From the NCBI GenBank assembly GCA_036008485.1, contig DASYNR010000339.1, positions 1-51,643 of the forward strand: a DNA stretch of 51,643 nucleotides. The letters are read 5' to 3'. The stretch is from Candidatus Acidiferrales bacterium. Its GTDB lineage: Bacteria; Acidobacteriota; Terriglobia; Acidiferrales; UBA7541. Below the pieces are notes generated by a model. It worked only from the letters and a program-made list of their open reading frames with translations. It had not been told where the DNA came from and did not search any database. Each line of letters begins with the position of its first letter. Position 1 is the first letter of the stretch. Both the position numbers and the translations under genes were made by a program. Below are positions 1 through 9,591 of this stretch, in pieces.

Positions 1-2
1 TG

Positions 3-1340
3 GTGAAGGCGGGGCAACATCCTGGTGCATACAATATTGTTACGGCGACGATTCCGGGAGCTGATCCGAAATTGCGCGAGGAGGAAATTGCGTTCAGTTG
101 CCATTTGGATCATCAACGGCCGGGAGCGAATGACAATGCCAGCGGATGCGTGACGATTTTGGAGGTGGCGCGCACTTTGCGGAAGTTGATTACGGAAGGG
201 AAGCTGGCGCGTCCGGCGCGGACTTTGCGATTTATCTGGCCGCCGGAAATTGAAGGCACGACGACTCTGCTGAATGCGCGGCCGGAATTTGCGTCACGAA
301 TTAAAGCCGTGGTGCACATGGATATGGTTGGCGGCGGGCCGGCGACGAAAGCGATTTTTCATGTGACACGCGGGCCGATGAGTTTGCCTTCGTTTGTTTA
401 TGACGTTGGCGAAGCGTTTGGCGATTTTGTGAATCGCGAGAGCGATCTTTACGCGAGTACCGGCGCGGCGCTCTATCCATTTGTTTCGACGGAAGGTGGG
501 AAGGAAGCGCTGCAGGCGGAATTTGCGGATTACACGATGGGCAGCGATCACGACGTTTATCAGGAAGGATCATTTCGGATTCCGGCGGTTTATTTGAATG
601 ATTGGCCGGACCGGTACATTCATACGAATGGGGATACGTCGGCGAATATTGATCCGACGAAATTGAAGAGGGCAGCGTTTATTGGAGCGGCTAGTGGATA
701 TTTTTTGGCGGGGATGGGAGCTAAGGATGTGCCGGATGTTCTTCATCTCGTTGAGCGACGAAGTCTTGTGCGTTGGGGCACAATACTTTCACGGCGTGCG
801 ATTTTAGGTATTGGAGACTGGTTGGCGCAGACGGTGGTTATCCAAAAGTACGAGCACGAGGTCGTGGACTCTCTTACGACATTCGCGCCGATCGATGAGC
901 CGCTGAGGAACGAGGATTCCCAATTTGCTCAATCCCGCTCGGAACTGTTGTTCGCACCCTATCCAAACCACCTAGTGGCGCTGTCAATTCTGGAGAGTGT
1001 TAATGTGAAAAACCTTGATAGTTGGAAGATCGTGTTCATCCGAAGCGCGAATCCAAAAGGGCCAATGGCTGTATTTGGCTACGACTATCTTGCGGATCAT
1101 CTTGAGTCCATGAAACTTGCGCGTCCGAAACTATTGGAATATCAGGGCCTTACGAGCGCGGGAGAAGAATATGCCTACGAAACGTTGAACTTCGTAGATG
1201 GCAAGCGCAATATCGCGGATATTTGCTCTGCGGTTTCTACCGAGTACGGCCCAATTCCGCAAGAACTCGTCCTCGAATACTTAAAGACGATGGAATCTAT
1301 CGGCGTTTTGAAGCGCTTGCCCGCTCCACCGCCAAAATAG
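3..1340 (+). CDS. M28-family metallopeptidase / aminopeptidase-like protein, 5'-truncated at the window edge
   Basis: The frame is open from the window edge. Motif CHLDHQRPGANDNASGC and a later HMDMVGG are typical of M28/aminopeptidase-like domains. Stop at 1338-1340. Confidence 0.7.
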   Translation: MKAGQHPGAYNIVTATIPGADPKLREEEIAFSCHLDHQRPGANDNASGCVTILEVARTLRKLITEGKLARPARTLRFIWPPEIEGTTTLLNARPEFASRIKAVVHMDMVGGGPATKAIFHVTRGPMSLPSFVYDVGEAFGDFVNRESDLYASTGAALYPFVSTEGGKEALQAEFADYTMGSDHDVYQEGSFRIPAVYLNDWPDRYIHTNGDTSANIDPTKLKRAAFIGAASGYFLAGMGAKDVPDVLHLVERRSLVRWGTILSRRAILGIGDWLAQTVVIQKYEHEVVDSLTTFAPIDEPLRNEDSQFAQSRSELLFAPYPNHLVALSILESVNVKNLDSWKIVFIRSANPKGPMAVFGYDYLADHLESMKLARPKLLEYQGLTSAGEEYAYETLNFVDGKRNIADICSAVSTEYGPIPQELVLEYLKTMESIGVLKRLPAPPPK

Positions 1341-1402
1341 CAAGCGCGTTGGGCGCTGTGCTACCATCCTTAGCCCGCTGAATTATTGGGGCAAAATACA
1401 AA

Positions 1403-2467
1403 ATGACGACTGGCACGATGCAGGCATTGAGAAAACCGCGCGCGGAGCGCGGAGCAGCGCTGGAAAATGTTCCCGTACCGACGATTGGGCCGAATGATGT
1501 GCTGGTGCGGGTGAGCGCGGCTTCCATTTGCGGAACGGATTTGCACATTTATGCGTGGGACCCGTGGTCGGCTTCGCGGATCAAGCCGCCGATGACGTTT
1601 GGCCACGAATTTTGCGGCGTGGTGGAGAAGGTTGGGTCGGATGTGAATCCGATCATGGCGAGGCCGGGCGAATTTGTGAGCGCGGAGATGCATGTGAACT
1701 GCGGACATTGCCGTCAGTGCCGCATGGGGCAGCCGCACGTTTGCCAGAATTTAAAAATTATTGGAATTGATGAGAACGGATGCTTCGCGGAATTTGTGAG
1801 CATTCCGGCGGCGAATATTTGGAAAATCGATCCGGCGATTCCGGAACATTACGGCGCGATCATGGATCCGCTGGGAAATGCCGTGCACACAGTTCTTTCG
1901 GGTCCGATCGCGGCGCAGACTGTCGCTGTGACGGGCGCGGGGCCGATTGGGTTGATGGCGATTGCCGTGGCGAAGGCGAGCGGCGCTTCAAAAATTTTTG
2001 CGACGGAAGTGAATGCGGAGCGGCGTGCGATGGCGTTACGAATGGGGGCGGATGAGGCGCTGGATCCGTCGACGGGAAATGTTGTGGAGCAGGTGATTGA
2101 GGCGACGGGTGGATCGGGCGCGGATGTTTTGTTGGAAATGAGCGGACATCCGGTGGCGATTCGGCAGGGATTTCAGATGTTGCGGGCGGGTGGAAGAGCG
2201 TCATTGTTGGGAATTCCGTCGAAGCCTGTTGAATTGGATTTGGTGAACGATATTATTTTCAAGGGTGCAACGGTACACGGAATTTTCGGGCGGCGAATGT
2301 TTGAGACGTGGGTGCAGATGACGGATTTGCTGAAGTCGGGCAAATTAAATTTGGAACTGCTATTTAAGGAACGGTTGCCGCTGGACAAGTTTGCTGATGC
2401 GTTCAAGATGCTGGAAGGCGGACTGCCGGGAAAAGTTTTGTTTTATCCGAACGGCGTGCCGCGCTGA
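1403..2467 (+). CDS. tdh: L-threonine 3-dehydrogenase (Zn-dependent MDR family)
   Basis: Collinear similarity to E. coli Tdh over the full length: ICGTDLHIY, GHEFCGVV, the CGHCRQCRMGQPHVC structural-Zn cysteine cluster, GAGPIGLMA Rossmann motif, IFKGATVHGIFGRRMFETW. Followed by kbl, as in the classical tdh-kbl pair. Confidence 0.92.
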   Translation: MTTGTMQALRKPRAERGAALENVPVPTIGPNDVLVRVSAASICGTDLHIYAWDPWSASRIKPPMTFGHEFCGVVEKVGSDVNPIMARPGEFVSAEMHVNCGHCRQCRMGQPHVCQNLKIIGIDENGCFAEFVSIPAANIWKIDPAIPEHYGAIMDPLGNAVHTVLSGPIAAQTVAVTGAGPIGLMAIAVAKASGASKIFATEVNAERRAMALRMGADEALDPSTGNVVEQVIEATGGSGADVLLEMSGHPVAIRQGFQMLRAGGRASLLGIPSKPVELDLVNDIIFKGATVHGIFGRRMFETWVQMTDLLKSGKLNLELLFKERLPLDKFADAFKMLEGGLPGKVLFYPNGVPR

Positions 2468-2626
2468 GGTTTGCCTGAGGATATTGGGATGATGGTGGAA
2501 ATAAACGGAGCAACTTCCACAGGCTGAAGCCTATGCCACTTCGGCCGGCTCAGGCGCGAATTGATTATCGAAAACCGGAAGAATTAATTTAACCTTCATG
2601 GTAAATCCAACTTCAAGGGGCGTCTT

Positions 2627-3823
2627 ATGACCACACCGCAAAATCCGCTTTCGTATCTTCACGATCAAATTGAGGAGCTGAAAGCCAAGGGACTTTACAG
2701 CAAGCTGCATGTGCTGGATGGCGAGCAGAAGCCCGTCGCTACATTTGACGGGCGTGAGGTGATTAATCTTAGTTCGAATAATTATCTGGGGCTTACGACG
2801 AATAAAGCTTTGAAGCGCGCGGCGATTGACGCGGTGAAAAAGTATGGGGCAGGCGCGGGCGCGGTGCGGACGATTGCCGGAACGATGACGCTGCATATGG
2901 AATTGGAAGAGCAGATTGCGAAATTTAAGGGAACTGAAGCGTGCGTGGTTTTCCAGTCCGGATTTACGGCGAATGCGGGTACGGTTTCGGCGATTCTTGG
3001 AAAGGAAGATTTAATTATTTCGGACGAGCTGAATCACGCATCGATTATTGATGGTTGCCGGCTTTCGCGCGCGACGATAAAAGTTTTCAAGCATAAGGAT
3101 GTGGCGGACTGCGAGCGCATCTGCAAGGAAACCGAAAATTGGCCGGGGCACAAGTTGCTGATTACCGACGGCGTATTTTCGATGGATGGAGACATCGCAC
3201 CGCTGGCGGAGTTGTGCGATCTGGCGGAAAAATATAATTGCATCATGATGATTGACGATGCGCATTCGTCGGGCGTGCTGGGGAAGAATGGGCGCGGCAC
3301 GGTGGACTATGCCGGCGTTCATGGACGCGTACACATTCAAGTGGGAACGCTGAGCAAAGCGATCGGTGTGATGGGCGGATATGTTTGCGGGTCGCGCGAT
3401 TTGATTGATTTTCTGTACCGGCGCGCGCGGCCATTTTTATTTTCCACTTCGCATCCACCAGCTTCGGCGGCGGCGTGCATGGCGGCATTCACTTTGCTGG
3501 ATTCGCCTGAGGGCGAGCGGCTGATTAAGAAAATGTGGTCGAATACGAAATTTTTTAAGCGTCAATTGAAGAAGCGCGGATTCAAATTTGGAACCAGCGA
3601 AACGCCGATTGTGCCGATCCACGTGGGCGAAGCGGCGAAAGCGTTTGAATTCTCGAAGAAATTATTTGACGCCGGAGTTTACGCGCCCGCCGTGGGGTTC
3701 CCGACGGTGGCGGAAGGAAAAGCGCGATTGCGCGCGATTGTGACGGCGACGCACAAGCGCAGCGATTTGGAACGCGCTTGCGAAATTCTGGAGCAAGTTG
3801 CGAAGCCGCTGGGAATTATCTAG
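2627..3823 (+). CDS. kbl: 2-amino-3-ketobutyrate CoA ligase (glycine C-acetyltransferase), PLP-dependent
   Basis: NNYLGL, ISDELNHASIIDG, TDGVFSMDGDIAPL, DDAHSSG, GTLSKA (PLP lysine context). Collinear with E. coli Kbl and adjacent to tdh. Confidence 0.92.
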   Translation: MTTPQNPLSYLHDQIEELKAKGLYSKLHVLDGEQKPVATFDGREVINLSSNNYLGLTTNKALKRAAIDAVKKYGAGAGAVRTIAGTMTLHMELEEQIAKFKGTEACVVFQSGFTANAGTVSAILGKEDLIISDELNHASIIDGCRLSRATIKVFKHKDVADCERICKETENWPGHKLLITDGVFSMDGDIAPLAELCDLAEKYNCIMMIDDAHSSGVLGKNGRGTVDYAGVHGRVHIQVGTLSKAIGVMGGYVCGSRDLIDFLYRRARPFLFSTSHPPASAAACMAAFTLLDSPEGERLIKKMWSNTKFFKRQLKKRGFKFGTSETPIVPIHVGEAAKAFEFSKKLFDAGVYAPAVGFPTVAEGKARLRAIVTATHKRSDLERACEILEQVAKPLGII

Positions 3824-3866
3824 CGCGGCCGCAAAATTCCAGAACGAATGGTTTCAGACACCCAGT

Positions 3867-5567
3867 CTACGCCGTTACCGGAGCGACTTCGATCGCGGAG
3901 CTCACGCCGGGATGTATCCGGCGATAGACGGTGAGCGCGAGCGCGCCAAATCCCCATAACTGCGCCAATATTGCAACGCAGAACCCTACGTACGGAATCA
4001 TTCTGATCGCATCGATCACGAGCAGTCCCAAAGCAAACTGGCCAATGAGCGCTCCTTTGTAGGGCACAGGCCATACTTTCTTGCCGGCAACCACTCCGAC
4101 AAAACTTTTTTGTCCGACGAGTTTGCGGCCAAGCCAGGTGGCAATGAACAGATGTGAGCAGTAGATTGCGATGCACCAAAGGAGTATGGTCGCGATGCCA
4201 ATGCCGAGTCCGACGATTGTGAAACAAACGGCCACTGCAACAATGAACACCGCGAAAATCGTAAGCACACCCAGGCCGAGGGAAACTCCGAATCGCTCCG
4301 CGTTCTGAACTGTTTCGGTGAAAAATCCGGGAGCAATCAGAAGCATTACCAGACCGAAGATGAATCCCGAGCCCCAGTACAAGAGCCTATGCCAGTAAGT
4401 AGCCCTGGCGTACCAATCAATTTTCTGAACTTCAATCGTAGTTTCAACGGGGCTGGCAAGCTTGGCGGAACTGGAAACTTCCGGCTGCACTGTTCCCGTG
4501 TAAGAGATCTTCCCCATCGTCTCCGCTTGCGGACCAACGGTAAAGCTCTCGTTCGACTTCAAAACCGTGTTTCCTCCGACGAAACCATTCATGTCCATGT
4601 GTGCGGTAAATGCGAGGATGCCGCGCTCGATGCGGCCATTGAGCGTGGCATCACCACCGACGAATAGGGTCGCGCCCCAGCCGATGGTGGACTGCGGATC
4701 GGTTTTCAACTGACTGGTAAAAGCCGTCAAATTTCTTCCAATCTTCCCGTGAAATAAGAGTTGATTGGAGAAACTACGGACGCTGCCGTCCACGATTCCG
4801 CTAATATCGGTAAGGGCGCCGAAAGAAATCACGTCGCCGGTTACGTGTCCGTTGATGGTCAAGTTGCGGCCAAAAGTGATCAGGTCGCCGTCCACGGTTC
4901 CATCAATTTGAACAGTATCGCCAAAGACGATGAGGTCGTCGTGGACTACAGCGCCGGCGGGAAGATTGAAGTGAGATTCATGCCTGTGAATTTCGGCGGC
5001 GGATGCGCCCACGGGCAAACCAAGCGCGACAAGCAGCGCCGTCATCACCATCGCGATGGTGTTGAACTTGCGCAAACTGCGGCGCAGCAAGAAGAAGCCA
5101 ATCACCGAGAGCGAAACAACCGCCACTCCCTGAATTAAGGACCACATTTCTGGCCATCCTTTCCAAAGTGCACTACGAAAAAATATCGTCGACAATAAAT
5201 CAGTGCTGCCAAAACCTACTTCGCTGGCCTGTGCCATCGCGGGATCGATAAAAGATGTCCACAGCCAATAAACACCGGCGGCGGCCAAACCGAAAGAAGC
5301 GACCCAGGCCCACGGAGTTTTATCGCGCACGGGGCCGGCAAGCAAGCGCGCGGGCACGGCTTCTTCTTGTTCACGAAGAGCGTTGCTGAGCAGCCGCGAT
5401 TCACGTTCGAGCGCGTGCATGAGTTCGCGGCAGTCCGCGCACTGATCGGTGTGCGCGGAAAGTTCGCGCGCGGTGGGGCGATCGAGCAGCCCCTCGAGAT
5501 ATTGCAGACAGGTTATTTCGTCGTAGTGGCGGACAAAGCCGCCAGCGTGTTGGTTTAATTGGCTCAT
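3867..5567 (-). CDS. Membrane anti-sigma factor: N-terminal zf-HC2, 3 TM helices, bactofilin-like (polymer-forming cytoskeletal, PF04519-like) beta-helix repeats, C-terminal multi-TM block
   Basis: HTDQCADC (H-x3-C-x2-C) near the N-terminus. Repeats such as DDLIVFGDTVQIDGTVDGDLITFGRNLTINGHVTGDVISFG. Hydrophobic helices lie before and after the repeat region. Its start overlaps the stop of the upstream ECF sigma gene by 4 nt. Confidence 0.7.
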   Translation of the reverse strand: MSQLNQHAGGFVRHYDEITCLQYLEGLLDRPTARELSAHTDQCADCRELMHALERESRLLSNALREQEEAVPARLLAGPVRDKTPWAWVASFGLAAAGVYWLWTSFIDPAMAQASEVGFGSTDLLSTIFFRSALWKGWPEMWSLIQGVAVVSLSVIGFFLLRRSLRKFNTIAMVMTALLVALGLPVGASAAEIHRHESHFNLPAGAVVHDDLIVFGDTVQIDGTVDGDLITFGRNLTINGHVTGDVISFGALTDISGIVDGSVRSFSNQLLFHGKIGRNLTAFTSQLKTDPQSTIGWGATLFVGGDATLNGRIERGILAFTAHMDMNGFVGGNTVLKSNESFTVGPQAETMGKISYTGTVQPEVSSSAKLASPVETTIEVQKIDWYARATYWHRLLYWGSGFIFGLVMLLIAPGFFTETVQNAERFGVSLGLGVLTIFAVFIVAVAVCFTIVGLGIGIATILLWCIAIYCSHLFIATWLGRKLVGQKSFVGVVAGKKVWPVPYKGALIGQFALGLLVIDAIRMIPYVGFCVAILAQLWGFGALALTVYRRIHPGVSSAIEVAPVTA

Positions 5568-6181
5568 GGAGTTTGCTCCGCGTTCATTCCTTGCAACGAT
5601 TGTCCGGTGAGTGCTTCACGTAGTTGGTGACGTGCGCGCAACAAAACAACTCCGACAAAATTACGGCGCACGCCGAGTGTCTCCGCGATTTCGTCGTAAC
5701 TCATGTCAGTGTAATAACGAAGGACGAGCGCCATTCGCGCCCGGGCAGGAAGTTTTTTTAAGGCGTCGCGCATTTCTTTGGTGCTTTGCGCGTCAAGCAA
5801 TAAATTTAGCTGACTTGGATCGGGATGCTCGAGCGGCATTTCCTCGACGCCTTCGGTTTCCAAATCCTGACGGATGCGGCGGCGGCGAAGCGAATCCCAG
5901 CAGTGGTTCGCGGCCACTTTGTAGAGCCAGGCCTGGAATGGCCGGGTGGAGTCATACTGCGCGAGTTTTTCGTGCAACTTCATAAATATCTCGGTGGTAG
6001 CGTCTTCGGCGTCTTCCTTGGTGTGCAACGAACGCCGACAGAAACGGAAAATCGGCCCGGCAAATTCCCGATAGAGCTCGCCCCAAGCTTCGAGGTCGCC
6101 CGTCCGGGCTCGGGTGATGCATTCAGCCAATTCCAGCTGGTCTGATGCGTTCATGCCCTCCGGCCAATTCCGCGCTTCCAC
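5564..6181 (-). CDS. ECF-type RNA polymerase sigma factor (sigma-70 family, group 4)
   Basis: Region 2-like segment (YREFAGPIFRFCRR ... FQAWLYKVAANHCWDSLRRRR) and region 4 HTH (LRYYTDMSYDEIAETLGVRRNFVGVVLLRARHQLRE). Translationally coupled to the anti-sigma gene. Confidence 0.88.
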   Translation of the reverse strand: MEARNWPEGMNASDQLELAECITRARTGDLEAWGELYREFAGPIFRFCRRSLHTKEDAEDATTEIFMKLHEKLAQYDSTRPFQAWLYKVAANHCWDSLRRRRIRQDLETEGVEEMPLEHPDPSQLNLLLDAQSTKEMRDALKKLPARARMALVLRYYTDMSYDEIAETLGVRRNFVGVVLLRARHQLREALTGQSLQGMNAEQTP

Positions 6182-6272
6182 TTAGAGATACGCATGGATG
6201 AGTGAAAAACTTACATTCTGAGGGTTTATGCCACCGACTGAAACAGCATGACGGCGGGTAGCCCTCGGAGAA

Positions 6273-6887
6273 TCAATGACTTACATGCACTTTATCAGAT
6301 TGGGAGGGAAAAGATTGACGAAGGATTGGCACGAGCTGGCGAACGAAGGCAGTTCGGTGGCGGATCCAGCGTCCGGGATAAGGAAGTTCGACGTGGCGGC
6401 CGGACCAGTTCGCTTTACGTTCGGCTCGCTTGACGTTGCGGGCGATTGAGCGGATGACGACGATCACGATTTCTGGACGCAACGCCTGAAGCGATTTGGC
6501 GAGACGCGGTTCGCCGGCGCGGCATGCTTTGCGGCGAACTTTCGGATGTAGACGATCGACCGGGCGCGCACACAAGTCCAGCAGATAGCAGCCGAGGCGG
6601 CGAAATGATTTTAGAAAATCCGCTTCGCGCAGATTGGGAAACGCTTTGACGAAGGCTTCGCGAATCGCGCGATAAAGTCCTGAATCGGCTTGATAGAAAA
6701 ATCGGCCGGATGCGGGAGGTGATTCGCCGACGAATAGGATGCGAACTTTTTTTGGGTGAAAGCTTTGGCGCAGGCGTTCCCTGGATTGCAGACCTGTTTT
6801 CTTAGTGGGCTTGATGCGCTTCACAATCTTTTCCGGTGAATAAAGCGTGCTACGAGTCTGACATCTTTCTCGCGTTTGGGACGTCAT
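6273..6887 (-). CDS. Hypothetical basic protein, possibly with a uracil-DNA-glycosylase-like fold (weak)
   Basis: 204-aa ORF. ILFVGESPP resembles the UDG-superfamily motif 1, and there is no other recognisable motif. Coding status is inferred mainly from ORF length and the lack of a competing ORF. Confidence 0.4.
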   Translation of the reverse strand: MTSQTRERCQTRSTLYSPEKIVKRIKPTKKTGLQSRERLRQSFHPKKVRILFVGESPPASGRFFYQADSGLYRAIREAFVKAFPNLREADFLKSFRRLGCYLLDLCARPVDRLHPKVRRKACRAGEPRLAKSLQALRPEIVIVVIRSIARNVKRAERKANWSGRHVELPYPGRWIRHRTAFVRQLVPILRQSFPSQSDKVHVSH

Positions 6888-6978
6888 ATAAGCATGCTCG
6901 TCCAGATTTTACCGCGCTTGTCACATTTGAATAGCCGTCCCGGGCGATTCGGTTCACCCTGCCGCGGAGAGGCCAAAA

Positions 6979-7680
6979 ATGAAAAAAATTGCGTGGGGCG
7001 CGATAACTTTGCTTTTTGTGGCGGCGATCGTTCTGGGCCAAGCGCAGCAAAAATCTGACGAGCGTTTCGACAGCCTGGTCCGCGACGACTTTTTCGCGGG
7101 CATGGACGGTGACACCGCACGCTTTGACCGCGCGATGAAAACGTGCGAGGAAGAGCTTGCTAAAAATCCCAAGAACGCGGCCGCAATGGTTTGGCACGGT
7201 GCGGGCCTATACGTTAAGGGAGGAATTACGATCGGCAAAGGTGACTATGCCAATGGAAAACCGATGGTATCGCGCGGAGGGCAAGAAATGGCGGACGCGG
7301 TGGCTCTGGATCCGGAAAGCGTTCAAACGCGGATTCCGCGCGCGGCGATGTACATCGGTGCTGCCCGCAAGATGGCCGACACATACAGCAAACCTATCCT
7401 GGAGCTTGCGGTTGGCGACTACGAGAAGGTTTTGCAGTTACAACAATCGTATTTCAACACGCTTCCCACGCACAGCCGAGGCGAACTATTGGGCGGCCTA
7501 GCGGAGGGCTACTGGCGCCTGGGAAATTACGAAAAATCGACGACGTACCTGGATCGCCTGATAAAAGAATTGCCGGGCACGCCGTACGAAAGACAAGCCA
7601 AACGCTGGCGTGTTGATCTGCCGAAAGTGGATAGGCAGGAACACTTCTGTCTCGGGTGCCACATGGGAGGAAATTCCTGA
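6979..7680 (+). CDS. Secreted helical (TPR-like) protein with a C-terminal CxxCH motif
   Basis: N-terminal signal peptide MKKIAWGAITLLFVAAIVLGQAQQ, a helical repeat-like body, and the last 10 residues CLGCHMGGNS. Confidence 0.6.
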   Translation: MKKIAWGAITLLFVAAIVLGQAQQKSDERFDSLVRDDFFAGMDGDTARFDRAMKTCEEELAKNPKNAAAMVWHGAGLYVKGGITIGKGDYANGKPMVSRGGQEMADAVALDPESVQTRIPRAAMYIGAARKMADTYSKPILELAVGDYEKVLQLQQSYFNTLPTHSRGELLGGLAEGYWRLGNYEKSTTYLDRLIKELPGTPYERQAKRWRVDLPKVDRQEHFCLGCHMGGNS

Positions 7681-8807
7681 CCTTGATCAAGAGCGGAGGC
7701 GGTTCGCGTGACGGCACTCGGCGATGGACCGCGTGGGCCGGGTTTGCAGTAGGGTGCGCCGGATTCGCGTTTCTGAACGCCGTCAGCTGGTATCCAGCCT
7801 ATCGGAATTCCGGCCCGTATGCGCCTGGCTGGAATAGGGCGCTTGCTTGGGAGTTAGTACGCTGGGAGTTGTGGGTTCCGATGACGGCGCTCATTCTCCG
7901 TTGGGTCAGGAAATATCCAAGGCGAGATGGCCACACAGTTGGGAATTCACTCCGCATGATTGAAGCGGTCGTTTTGTTTCCGGCGCTGCATTGTATTTTT
8001 CTTGTAGCAATTTATTTCCCAATCGCCGGAGGGCGACTCGGCGCTTTTCTCCATTACCGCTCGTTCGTTCTACTCATAAATTATCTCGCTGGAATGATTG
8101 TCGCCGGATTGGTTCTTGGTCTCGCGTGGGCCCGCGATTATCAATCACAATTGCGCCAAGAGGAAGTGAGGGCGTCGAATCTTGGAGCACAATTGGCGCA
8201 AGCGCAGCTCGACGCCCTTAAAATGCAACTGCAACCACATTTTCTTTTCAACACAATGAATGCGATTTCGTCGATGCAAATGAAAAATCCGGCGGCAGCG
8301 CAACGCATGTTGGTGCGGCTTTCGGAATTTCTCCGGATGACGCTTGAGGATTCCGCGAAAACGGTTACGCTTCGGCGCGAGATGGATTTCGTTGCGAGAT
8401 ATTTGGAAATTGAACGAGTTCGATTCCCGGATAGGCTCGCTGTGCAATTTGATCTTGGCGCGGAAACTCTGGACGCGATGGTGCCAAATTTAATTCTCCA
8501 GCCGATCGTGGAAAATGCCGTGCGTCATGGCATTGCGATGAAAGCCGAGCCGGGAAGAATTGAGGTGCGCTCGTCGCGCTGCAATGGATTCCTGCGGCTT
8601 CAGGTTCGTGACACTGGGCCCGGGCTGACAGATGGTTTGCAAGTGGCGTTTCCAAACCGAGCGTCCATTTCGGGAATCGGTCTTGCGAATATTCGCAGCC
8701 GGTTGGAGCGGATGTACGGCGATTCATTCCGATTTTCAGTTAATGACGCTGAAGGTGGCGGTGTGCTGGCTGCGATCGAAATTCCTTTTCAGGAATCCAC
8801 ACGCTGA
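7656..8807 (+). CDS. LytS/YehU-family sensor histidine kinase (membrane N-terminus, His_kinase PF06580 domain, HATPase_c)
   Basis: LQPHFLFNTMNAISS (phospho-acceptor His box of the LytS family), NLILQPIVENAVRHG (N box), DTGPG, GIGLANIRSRL (G boxes). Several N-terminal TM helices. Start uncertain: GTG at 7656 overlaps the upstream gene, and TTG at 7683 is an alternative. Confidence 0.82.
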   Translation: MPHGRKFLTLIKSGGGSRDGTRRWTAWAGFAVGCAGFAFLNAVSWYPAYRNSGPYAPGWNRALAWELVRWELWVPMTALILRWVRKYPRRDGHTVGNSLRMIEAVVLFPALHCIFLVAIYFPIAGGRLGAFLHYRSFVLLINYLAGMIVAGLVLGLAWARDYQSQLRQEEVRASNLGAQLAQAQLDALKMQLQPHFLFNTMNAISSMQMKNPAAAQRMLVRLSEFLRMTLEDSAKTVTLRREMDFVARYLEIERVRFPDRLAVQFDLGAETLDAMVPNLILQPIVENAVRHGIAMKAEPGRIEVRSSRCNGFLRLQVRDTGPGLTDGLQVAFPNRASISGIGLANIRSRLERMYGDSFRFSVNDAEGGGVLAAIEIPFQESTR

Positions 8808-9583
8808 TGACGGGCGCTGCTCCGATACGGACGCTGATTGTAGATGACGAGCCGCTGGCCCGAACGGCGATTCGCAATATGCTGACGCGCTACGAGGAAA
8901 TTCTAATTGTCGGTGAATGTTCGAGCGGCGCAGAAGCGATTCTGGCGATTGAATCACGCGTGCCAAATCTTGTGTTCCTAGACGTGCAGATGCCGGAAGT
9001 AGATGGTTTCGGCGTTGTGGAAGCAGTAGGTGCCGGACACTTTCCCTGTTTTATCTTCGTCACAGCATATGACCAATACGCGGTTCGCGCGTTTGAGATT
9101 CGCGCGCTGGATTATTTACTGAAGCCTTTCGATCAGGAGCGCTTTGACGCCGCTGTGGAACGCGCGATGCGGCACTTGAGACGTAAAGATTCTGCTGACG
9201 AAACGCGTACACGTTTGCAGGAGTTGGTGCGCGAATCGCGCGGTCCACATCTTCAGCGATTTATTATCCGCGAACCGAATCGCATTTTCCTTCTTGCCGC
9301 GAAAGATGTTGATTGGATTGAAGCGCAGGGCAATTACGTCAATCTTCATGCGGGCGCGCATACTTATATGATTCGCGAGCCGCTTGGCGAGGTTGAAGCA
9401 CAGTTGGCACCGGAAACATTTCGCAGAATACATCGGTCAACGATCGTTAACGTGGATTCCATCCGCGAGCTTCAGCCGATGTTTCACGGGCGATATGTGG
9501 TAGTGCTGCGCGATGGCACCGAACTGAAGCTCAGCGAACGATTCCGCGAAAACCTGCGAAAAGATTTCCTCGGTAAGTTGTGA
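8807..9583 (+). CDS. LytTR-family response regulator (REC + LytTR DNA-binding domain)
   Basis: The receiver domain has DDEPLAR and FLDVQMPEVDG. The C-terminal LytTR domain has IHRSTIVNVDSI. The ATG shares 1 nt with the kinase TGA (TGATG). Confidence 0.88.
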   Translation: MTGAAPIRTLIVDDEPLARTAIRNMLTRYEEILIVGECSSGAEAILAIESRVPNLVFLDVQMPEVDGFGVVEAVGAGHFPCFIFVTAYDQYAVRAFEIRALDYLLKPFDQERFDAAVERAMRHLRRKDSADETRTRLQELVRESRGPHLQRFIIREPNRIFLLAAKDVDWIEAQGNYVNLHAGAHTYMIREPLGEVEAQLAPETFRRIHRSTIVNVDSIRELQPMFHGRYVVVLRDGTELKLSERFRENLRKDFLGKL

Positions 9584-9591
9584 AGGATGCG

